Source: Paraspadella gotoi
Lineage: Eukaryota; Animalia; Chaetognatha
NCBI GenBank assembly: GCA_051294375.1
Contig: JBJCIZ010000028.1
Location: forward strand, 992,437 to 1,056,436
Direction of reading: 5' to 3'
DNA: 64,000 nt
A program made the translations under genes and the position numbers. This document shows, one piece after another, positions 53,234 to 64,000 of the stretch (position 1 is its first letter; each line of letters starts with the position of its first letter). The notes under the pieces are model-generated. The model was not told the origin of the DNA. It ran no database searches and worked only from the letters and a program-made list of their open reading frames with translations.

Positions 53234-54732
53234 CGGACGGCGCCGGTGGTGGAGATGATCCGAAGCGCCACCGGAAACGAGGACGTCCACTTCAAGAGAC
53301 TCGAGTTGGGAAGTCTCTCGTCGATCAGGCACTTCGCCGAAGACTTTTTAAAGTCTGAAGAGGTTAAAGAGGGAGATTTTTAATTTAAATATTAATAGTT
53401 TATTAATTATTATTAAGTCGTAGATGGTCTTTTATTCAATAGTAGATAAAATTGAATTCTTAAATCTCATTTGCATATAGCAGTTTTTTAAACGACAACG
53501 AATTACTCCAGTGTTTTTATTTTAGTTTCCGATTATTCTTTTCCATAGGTTTTTTAATGATAGATATTATTTATATTAATAACAATTAACCATAAAACTC
53601 CTATCTGACAGGTAATTTTTTTTATTTTAATTTTTTCATTTATTATTATTTTTAATCAGCGTTTGGACATCCTCGTCAACAACGCGGCCATCCTGACTCC
53701 GACCGATCAGAAAACGGAGGACGGATTCGAAATACATATGGGAGTCAATCACTTGGGTCATTTCTTGCTCACAAATCTGCTTTTGGGTCAGTCTTTGGGC
53801 CATGATATCCTTATTCAAATAACTATTTAAATAATGTATACATTAAACCCTTTAGACGTTTTAAAACGATCGGCCCCTTCTCGCGTGGTGACGGTCTCTG
53901 CCTCGGCAGGGCTCGAACTCGGCGAAATCGACGTCGTCGATCTTCTCAACGAAAAGGGCTACGACGCCGCCTGGCTCCCAGGCGCCTGGCAGTCTTATTG
54001 GACGTCGTTCAGGCGCTCTGGCAACTCCAAACTGGCGAACATCCTCTTCTCTAAAGAGCTCGCCAGGCGGTTGAAAGGAACGGGAGTGTCCACTTACTCT
54101 TTACATCCGGGTCTGATCAAGACGGACATGGGGCGGAACATGCCGAGCATGCCGACCCTCGTCCTGCAGTCGAGGCCGTTCTCTTATTTGATCAAGACGG
54201 CGGAAGAGGGAGCGCAGACGACCATCTGTTGCGCCGTGGATGAGGAGATGGGAAAAGAGACGGGGAAGTATTATGTTGATTGCGAGGTGAGTTGCGGTGA
54301 AGGGGTAAGGAGAGGGGGGGGCATTTTTTTCCTTCTCTTTTTTCTTGTTTTTTCTTTTCTCTTGTTTTTTCTTTTTTCTTTTCTTTTCCCTTCTTTTAAC
54401 TTTCTCTTTTCTTTTACTATCTCTTTTCTTTTACTCTCTCTTTTCTTCCTTTTTATTTTTTCTCTTTTTTATACTTTATCGATTTTCGGTTGACCTTTTC
54501 TCTCATTTTTTTTATTTCTTATTTCCCTATCTATTTATTTTCTTCCATAATTTTTGTTTCCCTTTTTTTCCAAGACCTTCTATTTTCACTATTACTGTAA
54601 TATATTTGGTCATTTGAAATCGTTCATACATCGCTCCAGGTTTCTGACGAAACTCATCCTCATTTAAACGACGAAAATCTTGCTCAAGTTTTTTGGGAAA
54701 AAAGCGAAAAACTCGTTGGACTTCGAACGTGA
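52848..54732 (+). CDS. RDH11/12/13-like SDR, paralog B (catalytic Tyr absent)
   Basis: [84 protein letters not shown]. Confidence 0.88.
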
Positions 54733-55197
54733 CGTGAGGGGGGAGGTGGTGAAAATTCACCGCGCTTGTGAAAACTGTGGGGTTATAAAAATCTGAAACC
54801 AACCATTCTGGCATGAGCTTAATTTCTATAACTCGGTGCCATGTTTTTTATAGATAGTTTTTACTGGTTTTATTACCACTTTCAAATGTCTTTACGTCGA
54901 CTTATTATTGTTGGGCTCTAGTGTTATTGTTATCTTTTTATCATTATCGTGTTCAAACAAAAGACTTATTTAGTTCGATCTCCCGATCTCTCTTTATCTT
55001 ATTTTCTTAGAGCGTACTTAATTGTATTTTTAAAATGTTACATGTTATACCTTTATTGGGTCGTTGTTACTATTTATTTATCAGCTAACCACAACCGAAC
55101 GCTTCCTAAAAAAAACAACATCGTAATCCGATGATCTCAATAATTTATAAACTAATTAATAATTAATTATTAATTATTAATCGGTCCAATAAACATT

Positions 55198-57471
55198 ATG
55201 AATCGCCTCCTGACCATCGGCGTCGTCGTCCCTCTCGTCGTCGTCGTCTTCCTCAAACTCCTCAACGTCTTCGTCATCTCCGGCTGCGTCTGCGGCAGCG
55301 ACGCGCGGCTGGACGGCAAGGTCGTCGTCGTCACGGGCGCCAGCAGCGGCATCGGCCGCGCCACGGCCCACGATCTGGCGCGGCGCGGAGCCCGGCTCTA
55401 CTTGGCCTCGCGCAGCGCCGAGCGATCTCTTCCGGTGGTGGAAGAGATCAGGAACGCCTCCGGAAATTCCGACGTTCATTTTAAGAAGATCGATTTGGCG
55501 AGTTTGGAGTCGATCAGGGAATTCGCGAGGGAGTTTAATGAAGAGGAAGAGGTAAGTTTGGTTGGGGAAACCGGGTAAGTGGAGGGGGATGGATCGGGAG
55601 TTAGGAGGAAGTTTGACTTTTAAACTCATCTGCTCATCTGCGGAGCCTGTGAAAGAACATGTGAATGTAGGGCTTTAATGTTTCCTCTCGTCATTTTCCC
55701 TCTTTCAGCGATTAGACATTTTGGTGAACAACGCGGGAATCTTCACATTTTCCGATGAAAAAACCACCGACGGATTTCAGATGGAAATGGGAGTCAATCA
55801 TCTCGGCCCTTTTCTTTTAACCAATTTGCTGTTGGGTGAATCTNNNNNNNNNNNGACAACATGTAAATTAGATTAATATAACTTTTTTTTTCCCTCCGCC
55901 CAGACCTTCTAAAGCGCTCGGCGCCGGGCTCCCGCGTGGTCAACGTGGCGTCGCTTGGCGCCAGTCACTTTCGCGGCGTCGAACTCGACGATCTTAGCTC
56001 CGACAAGACCTACGAGGACTCTTGGCTGCCGGGATGGTTGATCAAGCAGATCGCCTCCAAGCAGGCCAACATTGTGTTCTCGAAAGAATTGGCGAGGAGA
56101 CTGGAAGGAACGGGGGTCACGACTTACTCCTTGCATCCAGGTTAACATTTAAGTTTTGACGCTAGTGCTAATTGAATTTATTATTTTAATGAAATTTTCA
56201 AATTTAAAAAAAAAAAAAACTTAAAAATTTGGTAAAACAAGTAATCTTGTAGTTTTTATTTGTATTCCCTAATCACATACTCCTGAGAGTGGTACATTTA
56301 TTCAATTGAAACAGCTAAAAAATAATATAATACCTCATTAATAAGGAACCCAAGTAGTTAATGAAAATGTTTCAGGTATTTAACAGAATGTATAATTTAT
56401 ATATTGTTTATACCCATTTTAATATTACTGTAAATTATTATGTAGATAATAAATTTTTTTAAAAAAAATTATTTCCTATCAGGCACGGTCCGCCTGGACG
56501 AGGGTCGTTACTTCGACAGTCGCCTGATCGAGCTCATGCACTGGCGACCTTTCGTCTATCTCTTAAAGACTCGAGACGAAGGATCGCAGACGAGCATCTG
56601 TTGCGCCGTCGACGAGGAGTTTGGGAAGGAGTCGGGACTCTTTTACGCCGGATGTAGGCGTGAGTTAAATGGGTGAGGTTGATTGAGATTTGAATCCTTT
56701 TTCTTTTGTTGTTTCTGTGATGGGTTTAATGCACCCAGGTCTAGTGGCTCACTGTTTACTTTATATAAACTATAAGCTTTTCTACTTATTGAAATTTGCA
56801 AATTACTTGTTTCACTATTTTCTATTTTTATATTTTATGAAGGATTAGTATTTAATCTTATTATTTAATCAAAATATATATTGCTTCTTTCTTATAAAAT
56901 TTTATTTTATCTAATAATCAATTTGGAAGGGGAAGTCAGTGTTGTCTTCTGAATAGAGGGAGCATCTATCTAACAAGGTTAGATTTACTATATGTCCTAG
57001 TTTCTAATAGATATCACACATCATTTCTGTTAGAAATCGTTAATGAAAAATCATAATATCTAAAGAGGCTGAACAGAAAGGGGTGGGAATGGATAATTTT
57101 TTTAGGGGTGACCAGTTATATATGATTTTTTTTACCAATATATATATATATATATATATAACTCTAATCACCGTCTCAGGTCTCTGTCTCTCTCCCTCCC
57201 TCCCTTCCTCCCTTTCTCCCTTTCTTCCCTTTTTCCACATTTTTCCCTTTACGTTTTCACGATCTTTTAATTTTACCGTTAACTTTCCCCTCTATTCCAG
57301 ATTCAGTCTGTCAAGAATTAAATGCCCATAAATAGCAATACTTAATCTCTTCATTGTTTTCCTTTTCTCCTCCGGGTCTTCATCCAGGTCTCCGACGATT
57401 ATCATCCTCAAGTTGACGACCCGGATTTCGTCAAGAAATTTTGGAGGAGAGCGAGAGACTCGTCGCGGTGA
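55198..57471 (+). CDS. RDH11/12/13-like SDR, paralog C (catalytic Tyr absent; apparent indels in the last exons)
   Basis: [87 protein letters not shown] small N gap lies in intron 3. Confidence 0.8.
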
Positions 57472-58384
57472 GAAGATGAAGAATTAGAAGTTGAAAAAAA
57501 ACAGATTAGAAATTAGATGAAAAGATGCCTAGAATAAAGACAACAAGATTAGAATATGATAAGAAGATGAAGACAAAAATGAGAAGAAATAAAAACCTAT
57601 TGTCTGGTTACAAAGAGTTGGGAAAATGCTTTTTTTGGGACACACTGCCAAGTAGTTTCGGACTTAGAGCTTCGTGTTGGTGAATTTGTTTTTGTTTCTA
57701 TTTTCATTGATCCGCGAATTTTATTGTTATTGCAGTAGAATTTGTTGTCTCAAATTATTTTGCACGTTTGGGCTAAAAGGGTTTTTTTTGTTCTCATTAG
57801 AACAAACTTTGCCCGGCTGTTTTTTATAGTAGATATTCTTTAAATGTTTTTTTTTTCAACATTTACACACTTTACAGTTCGTAGTCATTTACAAATATAC
57901 ATTGATACATTATCGGGCATTTTCAATGTACCTTTTTTTAAATATTTTGTGATCATGTTACACCTGCACTTATGCTGCCTCATATTTACTCTTCAACCCA
58001 CGCGCTCCATTTCTTTAAAGGTCGAATTTTTGTTTATCAGTTTCCTCGGCCGACGGAAAGTGAATAGAAATTAATTATAATGAACTATAATTGACAACGA
58101 ATGAAAAATGGAAAGAATCGCAATGTAATTAGAATCAAAAATGATATTAAAACCATGTTAATCTGGATGAAACAAAACTCAGGAAAATGTCGCTAAGCCA
58201 AAATAATTAGTTCAATTAAACCAATTGAAATTACGCTACATCCGGGTAAACTTTACGTAGGCTTTATCGAATAAATAGCCAACAAAATGACGCCGTTTTC
58301 GACGCCCGACGCCGCGAGACGAATAATGACGCCGCTTCGATGAAGGATAGAAGAAACGAAAAAAAAAAAATATAAGAAAAAACG

Positions 58385-58494
58385 ATGTTTTCTCTTTTTG
58401 GAACTTTGGGGGCGTGGCTGCTCATTTTGCTGTCGACTCTTTACCAGCGCCAGTTCATTCCGCGGCCGAGATCGGATCGTTTCGACTTTGAGAA

Positions 58495-58553
<59 letters not shown>

Positions 58554-60049
58554 CAACTCGATTTTCCTCGACTCTTCTCCCAACACAGAACCTGTTTCGC
58601 CGTCGACGCGGGATACAGCAGCGTCTACTGTTTGTGCAACGCCACCTTTTGCGATGCAGTTCCGTCCGTCGATTGGGAGAGCATCGGGTGAGGGCCATCG
58701 TTTGAAACCCGAATCGCGTTAAAAAAAATTTGATTTATTTTTGTTTTTTTCAATTTATTATTTTTTTATTTCATGTTCTTTTAAGAAAATTGCAAAAATG
58801 ACTTATTACACGGTTTTGTATGTTTAGATTTTCCAAACAACGATTTTTGGTTAACATGTTTAAAAAAAATTTTTTGTAAATTTGTCATCATGTTATTGTT
58901 TATTTATTTACATGTATTTTGTATTCATTATGTTTTCATTATAACTATTTATTAATTCTAATTATTTTCTTTTAGCCGCAACACTGTCGTGTCTTTCACC
59001 TCTTCACGCGATGGCCTCAGATTCCAAAGACGAATTCTGCCTTTCGTCGAAAACAACGACAACAACGACGACCAGAAAGACGCCGACCTTCGCATCCGGG
59101 TCAACGCCTCCCAAAAATTCCAGGTGGAATCCAAGAAAAAGTGGCGGTTTGTTGCCCCCCCCAAAAAAAAAAAAAGCCTACATCATGTTTTAAATTATAT
59201 TATATTTTTAAATTATATGTATTTCTTGTAAGACGTAATTTTTGAATCCCCCTGGCATCCTCGCGCTTCGGCGGCGCCTTCACCGACGCGCGCGAGGATC
59301 AACATCCGCAGCCTCGGCAACGTCACGCGGGAAAAAGCTGCTGCGGTCTTACTTTGGGAAAGGTAGGGAAGAGGGGGGAGAATGGAGGAAGAGGAAAAAG
59401 TAGGGAATGGAAAATGGTAGAAAGGAGGGAGGGAAAAAAAAGGTAAAGAACGATGAAAGATAAGTTCGGATGAGCAGTTGATAGTTGAGAGAAAGAAGAG
59501 AAGGATAGAGGAGGAAGTAAATTTATGGGGGGGGGAAAGAAAGCAAAAAAAAAACAACAAAACAATGGAACCGTTTCCAGATTGATCTTCTTAACGTATT
59601 GTTCGTATTGTGGCGGTATATTCACACCGCCTCACGTCCACCATCGTTCAGCCAAATCCATTGGCTCAGAGGGGGAACACACCATCCAGGCGTAGTGTTC
59701 CATCCACAGTCCTAACGACTTTCCCTCTGCGTTGGCAAAAGCGAGACCGTCCTAGGGTAACCGCGCCAGTGACTGGATGCGTCCACTGAGGGTCGGAAGC
59801 CCTAAAGCCAACAGTGAGATGCCCCATCCCAATGGGCATCACAGGCAACCCGGCTGTTGCCATAGTATACAAATTTAAAAAAAAAATCATTTGTCATCTT
59901 TTATCCTTCCGTCCAGACGGCCTCTCCTACACCCCTCGGACGAGTCCCCATGGCATCCAGCGACTTCTCCACTCGATGTTATTCTTACGCGGAGAAAGAG
60001 AAACGACTTCGATCCTCCACTCTTTTTCTCTCCTCGAGGAAGATCGAGA
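58385..60049 (+). CDS. GBA1: Lysosomal glucosylceramidase (GH30)-like, 5' exons only, with frameshifts (sequence errors or pseudogene)
   Basis: Signal peptide MFSLFGTLGAWLLILL, then GYSSVYCLCNATFCD, FTSSRDGLRF, VNASQKFQ, FGGAFTDA..INI, LLRSYFG.DGLSY...RVPMASSDFSTRCYSYA. The rest of the gene is not in the window. Confidence 0.75.
59609..59864 (+). mobile_element. Solo LTR of the TRIM family at 37536-38281, in a GBA1 intron
   Basis: Reverse complement of the TRIM LTR, TGTGGCGG...GTTGCCATA, flanked on both sides by GTAT (4-bp TSD). Confidence 0.78.
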
Positions 60050-60379
60050 GTAAATTACATTTTCTTTTCTTTGGAGGGGGTGGGGGTGGGGCTGTGTCGG
60101 GGGCTGTGTTCGGTTTGGTCAAAGATGATTTCCACCCCCCCCCGCGTGACCCGCGTTCCATTTTTATCGACAGTGTTTTGATTTTTTTTTCTTTCTTAAT
60201 TTCGATTGACAATTTTTTAGGTAATTTAAGTATTTATTAATTGAGTCCTTTAGTAGAAATCAAAACTTTAGTCTTGAAGTCTACTTTTTGGTAAAAAAAG
60301 AATTTTTACAAAAAGTTTGATTTTTATGCTTTTATTATTGCTTTTAAAATTACAATATTACTATATAATGATAAAACAA

Positions 60380-61410
60380 ATTCTGATATCGGTCCGCCTC
60401 GCCACGAAATGCCCTTGTTTCGCGCTAGTCGATAGATCGCGCGTTTATCAGAGTAAGAAAAAACCGAAACAAAATAACATCGATAGATGAAAAAAAGAAA
60501 ATTCCAGGGGGAAGCCGTCACGTGACCGCCTCGACCAATGGGAGCCCGGCAATCCAAGCCGGCTCCCTCCCTCATCCGGGAATAACGAAACGCCTCAATT
60601 CTTTTTTCGCGCTCATCTAGTTCGGTTGTTTCCTTACTTGATTTCTGCGTTTTTCTTTGGATCTTTTCACGATTTTCTCATATTTTCTACGTCGAAAACC
60701 CGCTCATTGGAAGTCATCAAAGTAGAGACGAACGTTCGGACAGGAGTCTAACAGCCGAAAACGTTTCGGACAGGTCTCTCAAACGTAGAGAGGACTGGAG
60801 ATCCCTGGGGGCTCGAGAGGTTCAAAAGAGACCGAGCGGTCTCGCCCCCGCCAGCCTGCCCACGACACCGGCCTTCTCCCCCTTTTACCGTGGTTTTCGG
60901 CAGCCCGATTCCGTCGGTTTAGGGACCGGCCGTACCAACCGACACTTTCCGTTGCACCGGCCGAGCGGTGGGGCTTCGTCCGAGGCGCCCTCTCTCGCTG
61001 CTCTCGGACCAATGGCGGCCGGTCTGGTCATCCCCCACTGCTCGGATACGTGACCAGAGGATGGAGTCTGTCCTTACGACGATGGCTTTCGTCACTGAAC
61101 AGCTTTAGGAAGGTTTTCGACGAATTTCGCCGCCGAGTCTTCAGCGGCGATTCGACGCTTTGGGCGGTGAGTTTTTTTCCCGCCAGAGGGGTAGTGGGGT
61201 TTTAGCTCGTTTTTCAAACCGCCTCGCTCCCTCTTTTTTGTTTCTCCCTTTATTTCTTTCTTTCTTTTTTTCGAATTATTCGAATTTTGAATTTTTAGAT
61301 TTTTTATTTCGTCGGATTCGATCGAAATATTTTTGTTGAAATAAAACCCGCTTTTCCCTTGCAGCTCTTGGCATTGGGGATTTCGTGGCGAGGCGGATCG
61401 ATATAGAATT
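60380..61410. mobile_element. ~1-kb element bounded by inverted termini identical to the start of the adjacent DIRS-like element
   Basis: AATTCTGATATCGGTCCGCCTCGCCACGAAAT at 60380, its reverse complement at ~61380-61410, and the same motif again in forward orientation at ~61434. Confidence 0.5.
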
Positions 61411-61433
61411 TTTAATTCCTTTATGGAATATAA

Positions 61434-64000
61434 TTCTATATCGGTCCGCCTCGCCACGATCCCACGCGCCCCCTTGTTTGTTCCTACCATTGTTTTTTTT
61501 CGTTAGCTTGGGCGTGGCTCTAGGAAAAGGGGGTTGGGAGAAGGAGGGGGGGGGGGTCGGGAGTTTTTTCCGGTTTAATTCTCGCGCTAATTTGTTTACG
61601 CTTACATTTTTTTTACATGTGACGTTCTGTAATCGGTCCGGTTTTTACTCTCCACTTACGCTTCGCCTCGTTTGACGACTCGATCCCTTCCATGCTGTTT
61701 CGACTCCAGTTAGGCGGCTCCCCCCTCAGTTCGGGCGCCCGCCTTACGCGACCCGTCACCACGTCTCAGCCTCTACCCAGCGTCACGATCCCACACAGTG
61801 CCGGAATCCCGGTACGCAGTACTCCTCCATTTCGGCGGAGGAGGGAGAAGTTTGTCTTCGGATGCCGTACGTCGCGGTTTCGACGGCTCCCTGCCCTCAC
61901 AGCAGGCGACGCCGGTTTCCAGGTTCGTTTGGTGGCTTTTTTTCTTGCAGCGCTTCGGGGAAGTCGGTGCTTCCTCACGGCCGACTGGAACTCGCTGGGC
62001 ACGCCCAGGGATCGCTGTATACGCCACCTTGGATCGACGTCGCTTCTCCTCGGAGTTCTACCGCTCCCGAACGCCGGACACGCTGCCTCATCCGCTCTAT
62101 TTCGAGTCGGCGTTTTTCCAACAAGAAATACGCGGCTTCTCTCCGCTTCCCCTTTTCGCGTGCGATGCAGCGATAGAAACGGCGCTACGCGCATGCCATC
62201 CTTTAACAGCTGTCGATGGCTGCACGGAATCAAAGGAGGCTCTCCGTTCCGGCTCTCCAGAAATGGAGGTCAGCGCTGATGCGTTGACGCCCTTGGGCGC
62301 CACCGCTTCGCCGACGCGGCCTATTTTCAAGCGGCGTCCCTCAAACCTTTCGGTCGGCGAGTTCCGCCCGCCAGTTTCCCGCTGTGGGCGCCGCAAGGAT
62401 CTCTCGCGCCACGCTTCTCGCTCGCGCCCACCGCATCTTCCTTTTTGGTTATCCAGGAGCGCAGGTGGAGTCGGCGCTCAACTTGACGCCTTCTACGAAA
62501 CAGTCGCTCCGCGCAAACCGCTGCCGACAAGCGCCCTCGGTTTCCCGCTCGAACAGTCTTTCCTTCAAGCGCAGTGGACAAAGAAGTCTGTTCCCCGCAA
62601 ACGTCGGCGAGTCTGGGAAAGGGCCGGGACTCGCGTCCGCGCGAATGACTCGAAAACGCCTTCCCTCCGCGTCGCCGCCAGTCGTCCGGACCGCCCAGGT
62701 TTTAGGCCTGGATCGCCCATGGACGTCGAGTCTCGACACCGGACTTCTTCACGCCGGCGCTTCCTTCCGGAAGCCCCCGTCGGAGGTCTCTTCGTCTCTT
62801 TCAAGAGGACGAAGCTCCGGTTGGCAGACGTCACCCATTATCGAAACTTCTCGGGGATGCCATCTCGAGGGGCGAAGCAGTTCCAGCACGCTTCCTTTCC
62901 TCTCGGACGATGACACACATCTTTGGGGACCGAGACGCCTTGGTTCCGACGCGGAGATTGCGGCGGTTTGGAGAAAGAACGCCTTCGAGGTAGTCCCGGT
63001 TTTCTCCGGCTTTCTTTTCCAAGCTTTCCTCGTTACGATAGTAAGATGGACAGGCTTGGCGCCGATTTTGAACTTTAAAAAGGCCAATTTCTCGTTCCCT
63101 TCGCCGCCTTATTTCCGGAATGGAAGGAGCCCCGGACGTTCGCAAGGATGTCTTCGACGAGGGTTTGGGGTGCCTCGATAGCACCTTCGAGATGCTTATC
63201 TCCATCTTCCGATCCACGAGGATCGTCGGATTTTTTGCCGCTTCATTGGAAGGGCCGCATCTCGAAGTCCTTCCATTCGGACCTCTCGACAGGCCCTTGG
63301 CTTTTCACCAAGTTGACGAGACCCTTCGTGCAAGTGGCTCGCCAACAGGGGATTCGATTGCTCTTTATTTAGTCCGACATCTTTGATCCTGGGATCTTCG
63401 GCGGACGATTGTCGACGAGCCACTCGTGTTAGGCGGTGTTGTGCTATCTCAAAGGAGGCGTTGGGTTCCATTCATCCACCTTCAGAGGTCGAGCCTGCCT
63501 CCATCTCAGAGATTCGATCTCCTCGTTTCGCTTGCGGAGACACCTCTTCCCATTCCCATCTGCGCTCCCGGAGATGAAGATTTTCGACTCTTCGCTCTCT
63601 TCGCGGATGAAATCTCGTCATACGTCGTCACCACTGTGCCCGTCAAGCCTTCAGCTTCTAGCCTTTCGACGGCGGCGTCTTGGCAGTTCGCTGCTGCGTT
63701 GCCGGTCTCTCGAGGATTCAACGAGACGTCAATCGCCGTCCTACAGTCGGAGAAGGATTCTCGACCGCGTCGTTTCCTCTTGCCGCGCGATGGAAGGAGC
63801 TGCGGTGGATCGCAGCCCTTTCTTCTCCAGACCAGTGCTTCAGCCTCCGATCCGAGACCTCCTCCCGGAGGGTTCGCAACGCCTGGACGGTGACAGACGG
63901 ATGCTTCGTCGCCAGGGATAGAGTTTCTCCTTCAGGCCAGCTGTTCGAAGGGAAAACCTGGTCGACTGCGGATGTTCCCTCTCCTTTTCAATGCTGACGG
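61434..64000 (+). mobile_element. DIRS/Ngaro-type (tyrosine-recombinase class) retrotransposon, frameshifted, running off the window
   Basis: RT motifs across frames: PILNFKKAN..PYFRME, DAYLHLPI, LPFG.STGPWLFTKLTRPFVQVARQQGIRL..Y..D.LILG. RNase H-like TDASS.G near 63900. The recombinase is not in the window. Confidence 0.72.

Noticed and set aside
61692-63181. Long + strand ORFs (195, 371 and 265 aa) as host genes
   Set aside because: They lie inside the frameshifted DIRS-like element and are pieces or shadows of its gag/pol region.

Overview
Gene-dense window of an invertebrate animal genome (spliceosomal introns, GC-rich exons, AT-rich introns). Sixteen consecutive protein-coding genes lie on the + strand, each under 1 kb from the next: RAMAC-like, AF10/MLLT10, HAUS4, CRBN, COQ7, ACADS, CYC1, AHSA1, BCKDHA, TRAF7, ETNK, ERH, three RDH11/12/13-like SDRs and a GBA1-like gene. 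A probable divergent gene starts on the - strand at the left edge. Introns and spacers carry many small mobile elements: two tRNA-derived SINEs, MITEs, a CRE-type LINE 3' fragment, a Helentron-type HINE, a 2-kb hAT element, a TRIM with a separate solo LTR, and a DIRS-type retrotransposon at the right edge. The two strongest unexplained signals are (1) the operon-like co-oriented array, with unpaired poly-T/AG acceptors in front of many start codons, and (2) a 19-bp extended-octamer motif (ACAATATGCAAATGAGATT) found at least 15 times, only in introns, with a position and orientation bias. A 2-kb duplication around an N gap and frameshifts after about 49 kb look like assembly errors. All gene identities come from recalled family motifs read by eye; no database searches were run.
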